Assembly: GCF_006345805.1 (NCBI RefSeq)
Contig: NC_043000.1
Span: 145,514,001 to 145,578,000 of the forward strand
Direction of reading: 5' to 3'
From: Octopus sinensis
Lineage: Eukaryota
Length of the DNA: 64,000 nucleotides
The notes beneath the pieces were generated by a model. The model was given only the letters and a program-made list of their open reading frames with translations. It had not been told where the DNA came from and ran no database searches. Made by a program: the position numbers and the translations under genes. Of the stretch, positions 25,766 through 39,223 are shown piece by piece. Every line of letters starts with the position of its first letter. Within the stretch, counting starts at the first letter, position 1.

Positions 25766-28700
25766 GAATTTATATCAAAATGCATTTCTGTTCGAAGTCT
25801 CTATTTATCGAGTAAGGTGCGATTTCAAAATCCTCGTCCATAAATATCTATTCTCTGATAAGATCAAGCTATACTGTAATAGATGGCAGCAGAGAATTTT
25901 CATATTGGCTCTTGGTGCAAAATGCAATCTTCTCTATATCGCTATTATATGTATGTTTCCTTTTTTTTTTTTTTTTTTTTGCTTGCACCTCTTTCAATCG
26001 TTAGACTAGGGTAATGTGGGGGCATCTTCTTGAAGAAATATTAGTCGAATGTATGGACACTAGCACCTTTCTTTAAACCTGGTACTTATTCCATCGTAGA
26101 CTGAATACAGTGAACAGCTTCAGTCGATTTCCGAACCGTATTCCTCTCTCATAAGAGGCCCGGACATCACTTGATCAATGCCAGAGGAATCAGTAGCCAG
26201 TATGTTTATATAGACAAGTCCAGTAGCTTCAGAGAACTTTAAGTATTTAATAATATTTAATATCAGCATATATATATACGCTTACATTACTTCGTGGGAT
26301 ATACAGTACATTACTATTTACTCGATGCAGTTAACGCGAAAAATAATAACATATACAATATGTAACAGGAAAACTTTCTAGATGGAAAACGGACGTGTTT
26401 TACCCATGGAATTTAACTCATATTTATGAGGATATTACTATTATAGCAATGCAAGCCAATCTATTTGATTTTATTCAGTTTTATTGGTAGTAAAAACAAG
26501 AAGTTTAAACAGTTTAATATATTCAAATTTAGAAATTTGAGAGCTATGAACTAATGCTTTACAGTGAAACTCGAAACATCATATGGGCAAACTTCCTAAT
26601 TTTTCTTGCTGAAAGTTCTATAACCCTATATCCTAAAATATATTATTTATAACTTTTCTTCTGCAAGTTCCCCTGCAAAAAATTATTCACTTCACACATA
26701 CACACAAACACACATATATGATATAGATATATACATACAAATATATATGCATATAAATATATGAGAGACTCGCCCGTCGAGTATGACGTATGTGTGTTCA
26801 ATTGTTATTGAACAAAATGCACAAATAATTTTCTTTATAGTGATCAAATGTAAGTGCTGCACATTAGCTCTCTTCATTAAATTTACATTGACTGTAGAGG
26901 TGCACAAGTATATCGCATATCACATGTTGTAATGATCACATGTTGTAATGATCACAAAGCAACATAAAATGAAGTGTTGCGCTTAAGGACGTAACGTTCA
27001 TGTACGTATGATTATATCATTGTGTTAGTTTTTACGAGCGACTGTACGTGCGCCAGACAGCGTAAGCAAGAGTTGTGTATTTATATATATTTGCATCTGA
27101 TATTTTTTTATTGATCTCATATAAGAATATCTCTTAATTTGCTGTTCTTGTATACATATTCCAAGACAAATTGTTGCGGACAGACATTATTTAAACGAGA
27201 TATCTCATGTAACTTGAAGGAACACAACTACACCATCGGATGCAACTAAACCTGATGTTCAGTATCCCATCTGTGCGGAATTGATGCTAGATGGATCGAA
27301 ACAATTGTAGTGATCAGTAAACATTCTCGTATTTTCCATCTTCCGTTTCTCTCATTAATTTAATACACATACACACATACAATTATTCTTTTTATTGTAC
27401 ATGGCATTATTACTTCAGTATCCATGTATTAGCTTAACGTCGGTAAACAAGATGAATTCATTCGAGTTAATTGATAAAATAACTAATCAAGAATTGGGAA
27501 GATCAACAAATATTTTGCAGACAGTTGGCTGCGAAAGAATAGATAATATCACCGATAACCTCAAATGTTTTTCAAGTGGCATAGAGACTCCATGATGTTA
27601 TGGTATCTTAATGACTTTTAATTTCTATTTGCTTTATTTTTCTTATTACACAAACAGCGAAATTTTGAAATTGGATTTCTGCTTAAGGAAGAACTGAATA
27701 ATTGAATGGTATATATGATTCATTATGCAAACTAAACAAATGTTTGATTGAATGCTTCTCGGGAAAAATATGATTTAATTAACCCGATATATTGACTACG
27801 TCTCTTTCTCACCACAGCCGATTACACATAGTTAAGAACACGCAAAAATAAGGACTCCAAACATCTGTGTCATTGGCTGGACAGTGTCTGTCTCAGAGAT
27901 AAAATTATTCTTTATTTTGTTTTATTTTATCTGTTTTCTGGTCTACAAACCATGGAAAACGAACATTGATTGTCACTTGAATTAAAATACATCCAATTCA
28001 TATTAAGAATTCTTAAGTGAGGGGCTAATATATCAACTTAAATTTATTGTGTATTTACAATTAATAATCATAATCTTCCAGTCTTTTATGTAATACAGTA
28101 GGATTAGGAATTTCCCCGAGAGACTTCGACTTGTTTTACCAAATGCAATATAAAACATCTAAGAGTAAAGATAGGAAAAGGGAAAGGATAACGGGCGAGT
28201 GACTGATGGGGTTGTCCTCATTTTGCATTTGAGAAACTTAATGCTAAAATCGTCATCTGAAATGATCTTTTACAGATATATGTTCTTGCTTGAGGAAAGA
28301 GTTCTATATGTATGTGAAAATGGTTCAACAGGTAAAGTATATAAACACGCACATAACTAAAATAATGGTAGAATAAACTAAACGAGACGAACAGAATGTT
28401 TATGCCATTTAAATGCAAGTTTTGTCATAGAGATGTATTCAAACTAGGAGTGCACAACTTCACCAAGTTTAGAGCGTATTCATGGTCACATTTTTCGGTT
28501 TTAGCTATTATATCTTTTAAAAATATAATACATTAGAACATTTTTTCACAAACATTTAATATAAACGCAATACTTTGAGGTGCAGGAAGGTATATCACTG
28601 TAGAGTGGGTGAGAAAAGACAAGAATAATCGTATTAGTTTAAAAAAAAGCGATGTGTGAGTTATATATCTCCTTTGATATAATTTCTGTTACGCGATAAC

Positions 28701-29785
28701 TGAAATTATTGATGTATAAATTAGAGGGAGAAAATAAAGCAGTAAACATATTGCGGATTTAAAATGGAATATAATTAGCATTCAAATTTATAAGACTTTG
28801 GTCTTAAATTACTGAAATTGTTGTCCTTTACGAAATTCATAGTAAAAATATTTCAGACTTCACAAAACTTCATCAGGGTGCCAATTATTTATTCCAAGGT
28901 ATGCACAGATTTCCTTTAATGTTAACTTCTTTTCCATTATTTCGCCAGCTTTAGGATATTTGACACATTTCAATCCTTGCATAAATTATTCTAGCAGCGT
29001 TCCCATTAATTTTTCTGCTGCTTATTTTTTTCCTCGACCAAGCCTACTTATTTAGGATAACTTAATTTCCTCTTTTCAGCTTAAATTTCCAGGCGATATT
29101 ATAATATTGCAATTGTTTTGATACCGTACACGTTAATACCACATTTTATGTTGACAGTAGCTATAGTTAATAAATTTATACAATATGATATACCGAGAGT
29201 TCTGCCACTTACTCTATACTTCAAAAGTGGAAAATATAACTTTATTTCTACTGAAATATTGTGCCAGAATTTTTTTTATATATTTGGCGAAGTAATTTCT
29301 TCTTTTTTTTTTCGTAAGATTTGAAACTTAATTTTCTATTGGTCTTTTTTATTCTTTTAGTTGGTGGATCATATAATATATTATATATATTATAAAATAT
29401 ATTGCTTGAAAGCAAACTGGAAAAAGTTTGTAGCATCTATAATTCTAACGGTGTTGACAGAGGTATGAATATTAATGTATTCCCTGACTCTTTCATGATG
29501 AACGTCTGCAAGAGAAATATAAAAGATTTCTACTCGTAGCAGGATGCAAATACGCATTGAAACGGGTAACGTTTATTTTTATTTTTTTAAAATATAATCT
29601 AAAATGTCGTCTAATGTCTTTGTAGGCATAGTGGCTTATATTCAGCACGCCCTCAGTTATGCTAAATCGACAGTTTGATGCATACACACAGACGCATTCA
29701 TACACACTTAAAGAAGATATATAATTATATATTTATCGTGTGCACACACACACACATATTATGTTTTATATTTATGATGTGTTAT

Positions 29786-29825
<40 letters not shown>

Positions 29826-30572
29826 TGTATGTGTGCATGTGTCTGTATGTCTGCATAAATTCGACAATACACACCATATCAAATAGGAACTTGGCATGTG
29901 AGTTTCTTCGTGCGCAATGGTATAATTGAGTTATTGTGATTCGAACAGCCCCGGAATGGATTGTTGACTACTATGTCTATTAAGCGCTCTCTTTTGTATA
30001 TCTAAACATATTCGAATACATACACATATTTGTGTGTGTGTGCGTGTAAACTTGACCGATTTCACATTTTCATAAGCTCCAAACGAGTAAACTTTGAGAA
30101 ATGTGGAGCTCTGTTGCAAACTGTAACGCATCTGGCCTTCGCAGAACCAGATAACGAAATATGATAACTACATACAAGTTGAATAATTTTCACTACCAGT
30201 TTTGCAAACATACAGAAATTCAGCTGAACCCGGAAGGAAATGGGAGATGATCACAAAGGTTAACAATTCTCCGAATTAACGAAGGGAAGACGTCAGGTAC
30301 GTGCTCTATCTCAATCGCATCATCAGTAAAGCAGTTAACTGGCATTTATTCCAGTAATGAATTATCCAGTAATCCAGTCTGGAACGAGTTATATAAACAT
30401 TAAAAAAAAGAGTTATACACGCCCATAATTACAGAAACGCAATGATTGCATGTACAAGTATGTTTGATTTTTCTGTTATTCTGTGTAAATATGTTTATAT
30501 GTACGTACTTGCGCATTTGTGTGTGTGTGCGTGCGTGTATGTGTGTGTGTGTAACAATGGGAGCTGATTATA

Positions 30573-31043
30573 TAGGAGGTATATACCCAGAAGTAAACGG
30601 AAACATTCTCTACGGGAGATGCCGCAAGGAGCCGCTTGATGCAGCCGATGGGCATCAGTCTGCCGACAGGCGCTTCCGGGTGTAGACGTTCTGCTACGTG
30701 GTGCGTCATTGTTTTATAGTGCTTTCCCTTGTTCGTCTAATTTTGAGATGGTTAAAACGAAGGAACTGCATGCTTCCGTAAATTCTGTTTTCTGGTAGGG
30801 ATAAAAAGCCGGCAGAAACAGTTGCAACGCTTCAGACAGCTTCAAGGGCGCAACCATGAAAAAAAGAAAGTTTACGAGTAGGTTTCAGCCTTTAGATTTG
30901 GCCACTTGTCATTTTAAAACAAATCTCGCTTAGGATAACACCCCGTCCCCCATCTAGAACGAATGAAACCATCACGAAAATTCACGAACTGATCTTGAAG
31001 GACCATCACCTGACAATTGACGAACTTTGTGATATAACTCGTG
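30573..31043 (+). mobile_element. Mariner (Mos1-like) transposase N-terminal fragment
   Basis: Across frameshifts: MVKTKELHASV/FCFLVG/KPAETVATLQTA...SRTNETITKIHELILKDHHLTIDELCDIT. Confidence 0.8.
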
Positions 31044-31074
31044 CTGGGACATGTCATACTGTACTATGGATGGG

Positions 31075-31240
31075 TAAGTCTATACGAGTTATGAACCAGA
31101 AAGTGGTTGGTGATGGAAAAAGGGAAAAGTCTTTTACGCTTCGAGCCCACGGTCTCTGGTAGAAAAGAATAAGAGGGGGAAATAGAGAGAGAAGGAAAAG
31201 CACGGAGAGAGAAAAACTGTGTAGTGTTCAGTGGTCCTAC
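31075..31240 (-). mobile_element. Degenerate Penelope pLTR-like copy
   Basis: Minus GGGCTCGAAGCGTAAAAGAC is related to the 3.0/31.9-kb family; HHR core decayed. Confidence 0.5.
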
Positions 31241-31821
31241 ATGTCCTCCACATTAATATGACTGTTCAATGCTACTACTATTTTAAGCCCAGGTAGGTCT
31301 TCCCGCCAGGTGGTTACAGGTGTAGCCTGCACCTTGTATATATTGTAAGTAGGACAGCGAATCCCTGCCATCCTCTAACAGACGATGGGATCGCGAGAAC
31401 GACTCGGTTTCAGGCTATTTCTCCCCATTCTCAGTCGCGAACACCTGACTGCTAGAGATATGGTAAGAGTCTCCTCCCGCTCACAATCTCTCTATATATA
31501 AAACTGAGAATGTGTGTATGTCTGTCTGTCTGTGTGTTTCCCTAAAACTTGAGAACTACACAACCAATTGCATTCAAATTTTACACATGTCTTACTTAGG
31601 GTCCGGGGAGCGTCATCAGCAAAATTTTTTGTAACTTTTTGCCTATGGCGAGCCCACAGCAATATCATATCTTCTCCACTACGATTCCCTAAAACTTGAG
31701 AACTACACAACCAAATTTCATTGAAATTTAACACATGACTTACTTAGGGTCCATGTAGTTTCATAGGCAAAAAAATGTTCAACTTCTTGCCTAGGGCGAG
31801 CCCATAGTAATATCATATCTT

Positions 31822-32012
31822 ATTGGGAGAGTTTACGAAAAAACAGAAGACGAAGACAGGTGGTGTACAAAACAAACAGATGTATTAGTACAACTCTCAG
31901 GAATATAAAAGTCTTTTACGTTTCGAACCTACGCTCTTCTACAGAAAGGGACACAGAAAAAACAAGGAGAGAAAAATGTATGTAGTGGCTAACGATCTAT
32001 CATGGCGACTAG
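31822..32012 (-). mobile_element. Penelope pLTR-like element
   Basis: Homologous to 2942-3133. Confidence 0.65.
31913..31948 (-). ncRNA. Minimal hammerhead-like motif (U6 variant)
   Basis: Minus strand: cttt CTGTAGA A gagc-gtag-gttc GAAA cg TA aaag. Confidence 0.55.
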
Positions 32013-32219
32013 TAATATATATATATATATATAAATACAAATGTATATGTGTAACTGTATATGTATAGATGTACTTCTATAGATATACATGAATATGTAT
32101 ATATGTATGTCTAGATGTATATATGGATGTATATGTAATATGTACACATATATATATACACATATATACATACATACATAAATACACCCATACTGATACA
32201 CCCCCCCCACACACACACA

Positions 32220-33380
32220 CAGTTGCAGGTGTGGCTCGGATTCGTTTAGCAAGACACCATTTTGATTCGTCAAAGACCGAATAGTGGAACTATTTCTTTG
32301 CCGAGCTTCCACCACTCGGGCCCATCCAGCGGCCTTGATTCCTTCACTTCCCATCGCACGTAACTTAGCTCTGGCAATACTTCCCATGTGTTGGGCTTCA
32401 AGATGCTAGTTTAATTCCAGTCTTTTCACCCTCGCTTGGTCCGCATAAATAGTTCCCCAGGCTTCTAGTTCCTTAACTAGACCATCTCCTATTTTACGTC
32501 CCTTCTTAGCTAAACTTATGCTAAACCTAATAGACTCATATTTGATGGCTCTTTTTAGGGCGTACCACCATTTGTTATTAATGGTGGTACCTGTTAATGC
32601 CCTCTGTATTAACATCTCGATCCGCTTTCTGTACTCCTCAATCGCCAAAAGGGACGTATTGAGTTTCCAGTAGCTAGACCCCTAACTGCAACTTATCTAC
32701 TGTCAGTTTACAGGTAACCATATTGTAGTCACTGTAGCTGACTAGAAAAAGCTGTGGACACTCGGCTATGGACTTATCTGTTTCTCTAATTAAAACCCTA
32801 TCTAGATATGTTCTGGAAGACCCGTCGCTATTTGACCACGTCCACTGTGGAGTGTTCGGGTGTTCCAACCTATATGGATCTGCTAGTTGAAAGTGACTTA
32901 GCAGATCTCGTAAGCCTCGGTTATATTTTCTGTTCATATTCGAGCCAACACAATCTGTATATGCGTCACATAAAGTCTCCTAACAATACTAGCGAATGCG
33001 ACATGGCAAGAAACTTGCCCAGGACACGAAAATATTCACTTTACGGGCCCATAATGTTGGATGCATAAATAGCAACTAGCCTAATTATCTTGCCGCAATT
33101 GAATGTCAGGTCAAGAACCAGCCTGCCTTCTGGGTCAGAAAAAAACAGCTTTTTCTCGGCTACCCGGTTTCCTTTTAGTATGACCAACACCCCCACCCGC
33201 CCGGCACGGAGAAACGTATTTCTCCTAGTCGTCCAGGAGGGGGTGCAGATCTCTTTCGCCCCTTTACCCGGGTTTCCGTTGCAGCAATCACATCCAATTT
33301 TCTTGATCTGATGTCATTTAGGAAGCGTTCTTGCTTCCAGCTCATCTGCAATTTTGATGAAATTCGAAACATTGATAGAT
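32220..33380 (-). pseudogene. Tx1/L1-clade LINE ORF2 N-terminus (AP endonuclease)
   Basis: LNDIRSRKLDVIAATETR; LADPYRLEHPNTPQWTWSNSDGSSRTYLDRVL...SYSDY; YWKLNTSLL...WWYALKRAIK. Confidence 0.88.
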
Positions 33381-33588
33381 ATTCCAGTTCATTCAGAGAA
33401 TATAACAGAAAAGTCTAATTCTTCAATTGAATGTAACCGGGCAACGCCGGGTATCTCTGCTAGTATATATATATTTTCAGTTTGAAAACGGCTATTTGAA
33501 GCTCGAAACTCGTACCAAAGTCACTCACTGTAAACATTATTATTCAAATAGAAATTATCCAAAAAGCCATCGCTACTCATTTCTTCAA

Positions 33589-33625
<37 letters not shown>

Positions 33626-33626
<1 letters not shown>

Positions 33627-33881
33627 TCAACATCCTTCCATGCAACGTTAGAGGTCTACATAGTGTTGATGTAGAAGTTTTCAAGGAACGTCTAGACAGG
33701 CTTCTGTCTGACATAGCAGATGCACACACATCGCGGAAGGAGACGTAAAGAAAAGCAGGTTCGTCCAAATCGTTATTCACCAAAGAAATAATACCGGAAA
33801 CAACATCGATTAACTACAGGTGGTGCACCAGTATGACCTCAGCCCTGGGCTGAAACCAGTAAATGATAAAAAGATAAAAGA
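33626..33881 (+). mobile_element. CR1/L2-group LINE 3' end
   Basis: FNILPCNVRGLHSVDVEVFKERLDRLLSDIAD followed by a 3' UTR stem-loop and a GATAAAA tail. Confidence 0.75.
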
Positions 33882-33935
33882 TACATGCATATGCACATAT
33901 GTGTATGTATGTATGTATATATGTATGTACGTATG

Positions 33936-34020
<85 letters not shown>

Positions 34021-34489
34021 GCATGGCTAAAACACTTTTGAACTTTCGCCGATGCTTTTGCTTTTTAAGCTTTCCTCGAAAAGCTGTTCTTCCCTAAGCT
34101 AAATTTCCAACACACTCTCACATTGTAAAAAAAATTCTAACCTTATAAATGATGCTATAATATTTTTTAGTTACTAGTTATTTCCGCGTTTATATAGGTA
34201 TATAAATAAAACCACTGTACCGATAAATAAATGGTCAGCGTCGATAATAACTATTTTCGTATACACTCATTCAAATTAGTACTTCTTAAATTCACCTTAA
34301 AGATATTGAGTATTCTATACCCATTCGTGTTTTGCTCCTAACGCAATTTGACAAAATTCTATCATTAATTTAAAGCTACGGTCCACGGAATGAATGAGCG
34401 AACTGCTACCAATTGCATCATATATTTATTGTTTTAGACTGTGAAAAGCAAATTTGAAACTTCGACGTAAAGATGTATTCAGAATTTAA

Positions 34490-35348
34490 TGATATTGGTT
34501 TCAAATTTTGGTGTAAAGCCAGCAATATCGGGGTACGGGATAAGCCGATTGCATCCGCCACAGTGCTCAACTGATATTTATTTTATCGACCCCGAAAAGA
34601 TAAATGGCAAAGTTGACCTCGGTGGAATTTGATCGCAGAACATAAAGATGGATGAAATATCGTAAAGCATTTTCCCGATGTGCTGACGATTCTGTCAGCT
34701 CACCGCTTGAAATACTTATTTTTCTATTACATGCAGAAGGCCAGAAATTTTGGAGGAGGGGCTAGTTGATTACATCTACTCCAGTTTTTGACTGATACTT
34801 ATTTTATCGACCTAGAAAGGATGAGAGGGAAAATCGACTTCAGTGGCATTTGAATTGACAGACAAAATGCAGCTCAGCATTCTCCCGGTGAGCTAACGAA
34901 TCTGCTAGCTCGCTGCTTTAGAATATTCTTTTCTACTCTAGACACAAGGCTCGAAATTCTTAGGGAGGAGGCCAGACGATAAGCTCGACCTCAGTAATCA
35001 ACTGGTACTTAATTTATCGACCCCAAAATGATGAAAGGCAAAGTCGACCCGGTAGAATTTGAACTCAGACCGTAAAGACAGACGAAATACCGCTAGGCAT
35101 TTTAACCGGCGTGCTATCGTTTCTTATTTTTTATTGCCTACACGGGGCTAAACATAGAGGGGACAAACAAGGACAGACACACGGATTAAGTCGATTACAT
35201 CGACCCCAGTGTGTAACTGGTACTTAATTTATCGATCCCGAAAGGATGAAAGGCAAATCGACCTCGGCGGAATTTGAACTCAGAACGAAACGGCAGACGT
35301 CTTTACCGCTAAGCATTTCTGCCAGCGTTTCTGCCAGATCACCGCCTT
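34490..35348 (-). mobile_element. Cluster of four head-to-tail SINE family B copies
   Basis: TTTATCGACCCCGAAAGGATGAAAGGCAAAGTCGAC domain repeated near 34580, 34803, 35013 and 35228. Confidence 0.9.
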
Positions 35349-37314
35349 GCTGCCTTAGAATACTGCAAGATTACTTTTACCAGACTATTTCATATATATG
35401 TTGCTATGTATGCATCTATGTACCTATGTATGTACTTTTATGCGTATGAGTGTGTGTGTACGTACACGAACACATGAATGCGTATGATATGCATACGCGC
35501 ACACATACATACACACATAAATATATGTACGGTTGCTCAAATACTTCAATGAACTGTATTCCTTTAAACATTATAGAAATCATTTAAATGTTTTTTTATG
35601 TATTTACAGGTATTTACCGCTGTGTTACGTCTACATCTAAGTAAACAGAATCTTGCAGAAACATTACAGGAAGATTTTACTCAATGACCGGAACATAATA
35701 TCCATTGAAGTGAACAGACTAGGTAACATATTTATGTAGAAATCTAGAACTATAGTAAAAAGAAAGATCTTTAAAATATTGTTGTTCTGTGTTTCGGGTA
35801 GGAAAGTATATTTCAATGACGAAGCTCAAATTCAATAAATACTTTGGTGTGAATTTGAAGTGATCACCTCAATTACGACATACAGCAGCCGTCAGCATTA
35901 TCATTCTAATATGTCCTCGAGACATAGCGATTCGGCAAAAGGTTCTATAACATACGTAGAAGAGGTAAGAAAATATGGACGAGGGTCAGTTTCTTAGACA
36001 AAACTGTGATAGTCAAGTTCGTAATGAAGAAATGTAAACACTACCAATATTTTTGTGCATGGCTTAGATAGACATTAAAATGACCTCTGGCATGTTGCTC
36101 TATTCTTACTATATAAGAGGGACCTTTGAATATTTCCCAAAATTAATGGTAAATCTATTAGATTATTTCTGAAAACTTTATCTTAATACTTGAAAGCGTA
36201 GCCTGTGTTGTTTTGTATTGAAAGATAGAAGCTCATCTGCTACTCGTTGAAAAGTGAAAGAAATTGGAATACGATGATTACTTAATGCACTTGGTATACT
36301 TCATGCACACTTTTATGGACCTAAAACCCAATACTCATAAAATAAACATTCACTCTTATTTTTCGGGTTTCTCCATAAAGAATAAAATATCCCGTACTTA
36401 ATATACAACCTTTAGTTAGATTGCATATATCTACCACGTAAAGAAGAGTGAATTTTTCATGGAATATCACTTATGCACATGTATTAAGTGATAGGTGATA
36501 TGAAAAAAACCACGATCAACATTTCCCTCTCCCCCTCTCTCTACCTGCTCTGTCTACCCCTCTCTCACTACGTTTCTTTAACTTCACGATCAGAACATCA
36601 CCCCTCTGCTAAAATTATGTTATAATTCCCTTCCTCTCTATCATCACTACCTTCAACTAACATTTTTAACCACGTAATAAATATTACGTTCCCCCTACCA
36701 CACATCAAAGGCACTCTTTTTTCTTTCCGTCTTTTCTGTCTCTCATATTTTGTTTCACACTTCACCTTATCCTCTTTTTCGCTCACCTTTTTCTTTCTCC
36801 TGTTGTTCCCTGGAATGCACTGGAAAGCGTTATAATTACATTCCCTCTACGTCACGTCACGTACGCTTCTCTCCCTTGCTTTCTCTCCACCCATATCTTT
36901 CTCCCACTTTTTCTCTAATCACATGAAAGTCTTACCGACGGACTAAGTAACGTAATGACGTGCAGTATTCTTGTAAGACAGATTTCTAATAGACATAGAT
37001 ATAGGTATTTCTGACAATACTTGGGCAAATTTTTGTCTGAGATACAAGATTAATCAATATAAGCAGCACTAAACACAAATGACGTATGCTTTGTTTATAT
37101 CTGTTATTCATCAAAATCATTCAGATACGGAGAGACAGGGGTTTAGAGGAGGAGGGAGAGGGATAGAGAAAATGAAAGAGAGAGTGAGAGCGACCCGTGG
37201 AAGTGAAAGATAATTAGCAAATAATTACATCAATCTTTATGCAATAACATGGCCATAACTCGTTTAATCACATAAAAGTACGTGTAATATTTAAAGGATC
37301 ATTATTATTATATA

Positions 37315-37480
37315 AGGCGACAAGCTGGGAAAATTTTATAGCACGCCGGGCAAAGTGCTGAGTGGCATTTCGTCCGACAAGGTCGACCTTGCCATTCATC
37401 CATTGGGGTCGATAAAATAAGCATCACAGTAGTACTAGGGTCGATATAATACACTATCCCACTCCCCTAAATTGCAGCCA
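37315..37480 (+). mobile_element. SINE family B, diverged
   Basis: GGCGACAAGCTGGG head and GCCATTCATCCATTGGGGTCGATAAAATAAG domain. Confidence 0.7.
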
Positions 37481-37732
37481 CGTTAACAGTGTTGTTGTAA
37501 TCATCATCGTATTTCTTTTTTACTTTTTGGATTGTTGTTGATGTCGTTGTTTTTGTATTTAGCTAGGCTACGTTCCTTTCTGACTGGTGGATTATAGTTA
37601 CCATTGTTATTATTGTTATTTTTTGTGTTCTTGAGTTTGGTGTCGTAGTTATTGTTTGCTTTTTTTCTGAGCTGCCTTCTGTAGTTGTAGTATTGGGTTT
37701 GGCAGTTCCCACTTTGCTGGTGAATATGTGTG

Positions 37733-37750
37733 TAGTAGTAGTAGTAGTAA

Positions 37751-37791
<41 letters not shown>

Positions 37792-37866
37792 TGGTGGTGG
37801 TGGTGGCGGTGGTGGTGGTGGTGGTAATAGTAGTAGTAGTAGTGGTGGTGGTGGCGGTGGTGGTGT

Positions 37867-37920
<54 letters not shown>

Positions 37921-37940
37921 CAGCAGCAGCAGCAGCAGCA
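37733..37940. repeat. Compound (TAG)n/(TGG)n/(CAG)n microsatellite
   Basis: Direct reading. Confidence 0.95.
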
Positions 37941-38441
37941 GGAAGGGAGTAAGGGCAACGGAAGAAGCAGCAAAACTATCCGTAAAGTAAGTGGTGTACA
38001 AATGATAGTTAACAATATGACTTAAAACCCCTTAGTGTGAGTAAAAATAAAATGTTGCCGGGCGGAAATGGAAATATACATCTTATTGACCCCCAGAGTA
38101 ACTCCATTGGTACGGTTAAATCATCTGATATTGATATACAGAATGTCAAAATTTGTTTCAATTTGATTGGTTGATAGCTTTCTTTTGGCAAAGAAAATAT
38201 TTCGGGGTTTGGATCGCACAAATGTTTTATAACATTTGCAGATTAAGAAATTATAACCCACTGTATTATAAGCTGTTACTTATAATTGAGTTCGTTTCTC
38301 CATTCCGCTTCAATAAGTCATATATTTCTTGATACTTCTTTTCCTTGATATATATGTATACACACATACACACACATATATATATATATATATACACACA
38401 CATATATATATACATATATATATATATATTATATATATATA

Positions 38442-38474
<33 letters not shown>

Positions 38475-38660
38475 GATAGATAGATAGATAGATAGATAAG
38501 AAAGTTGGTTTGTGAAAGCACGTGGGTGAATATATAGAAAATAGTAAAGAGTGAAAAAACTACAGAGGGCTTAAATGTTAATAAATATATATATTTGCGT
38601 CAATATGTCTGAAGAATATTAGAAAAAAATTTTTTTTTCTCTTATAATGACATAATTTAA

Positions 38661-38699
38661 AAGAAAGACCGGTTTCGCGTGTAGCTTTTCAAATTTCTT
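38661..38699 (-). ncRNA. Minimal hammerhead ribozyme, U3-A8 variant
   Basis: Minus strand: aagaaa-t-TTGAAAA gc-tacac-gc GAAA ccgg TC tttctt. Confidence 0.6.
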
Positions 38700-38816
38700 G
38701 CGACGTTATGTTTATCTTGAATAGAGTTATCGTTATGTTTATATTCAGGAGAGTTCTAAAATAAGGGGAGGTAGTGAGTGATTTCTTCCGGTGTAAGGGA
38801 GATAATCGCTTAAAAT

Positions 38817-39053
38817 CGATGCACACAGCATCGACAACAGATTGCATTCCCAGAATGTAGAATAATACCTTTTAGTGAGCACATTGAGAAATGCGCAAAG
38901 CAACTACTACCGCAATTTGTAATCTTTCCATTTTACCAATGTGCTTTCGGATCATCAACACAAATTAGACTAAACAAGGAAACATTCTTCATTGAAAAGT
39001 ACAAGCCCAGACTCAACCATCCGAACATACTGATACAGAGAAATTCACACTAA
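38817..39053 (+). pseudogene. Penelope GIY-YIG endonuclease C-terminal 78 aa (open frame, no start)
   Basis: RCTQHRQQIAFPECRIIPFSEHIEKCAKQLLPQFVIFPFYQCAFGSSTQIRLNKETFFIEKYKPRLN...*. Confidence 0.85.
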
Positions 39054-39184
39054 GGTAAAGGAAAAAACTTTTAAGCGATTATCTCCCTTACACCGGAAGA
39101 AATCACTCACTACCTCCCCTTATTTTAGAACTCTTCTGAACATAAACATAACGATAACTCTATTCAAGATAAACATAACGTCGC

Positions 39185-39223
39185 AACAAATTTGAAAAGC
39201 TACACGCGAAACCGGTCTTTCTT
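39185..39223 (+). ncRNA. Minimal hammerhead ribozyme, U3-A8 variant (second pLTR)
   Basis: aacaaa-t-TTGAAAA gctacacgc GAAA ccgg TC tttctt; one helix I mismatch. Confidence 0.55.

Larger units (their letters stand above)
31487..33463 (+). mobile_element. Non-autonomous Helitron with nested or captured sequences
   Basis: A|TCTCTCTATATATAAA...(TCTG)n 5' end; 147-bp internal direct repeat (31538/31685); 3' hairpin CCGG-GCAACG-CCGG then CTAG|T. Confidence 0.75.

Noticed and set aside
28845-28882. Minus-strand CTGATGA...GAAA
   Set aside because: Helices I, II and III do not pair convincingly.
36848-36965. Cluster of ACGTCA/CRE-like motifs
   Set aside because: Short motifs without independent evidence of regulatory function.
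37504-38015. Poly-L/P/H/Y/T ORFs (also 49746-50099 and 61900-62367)
   Set aside because: Trinucleotide microsatellites open in several frames; no domain signal.
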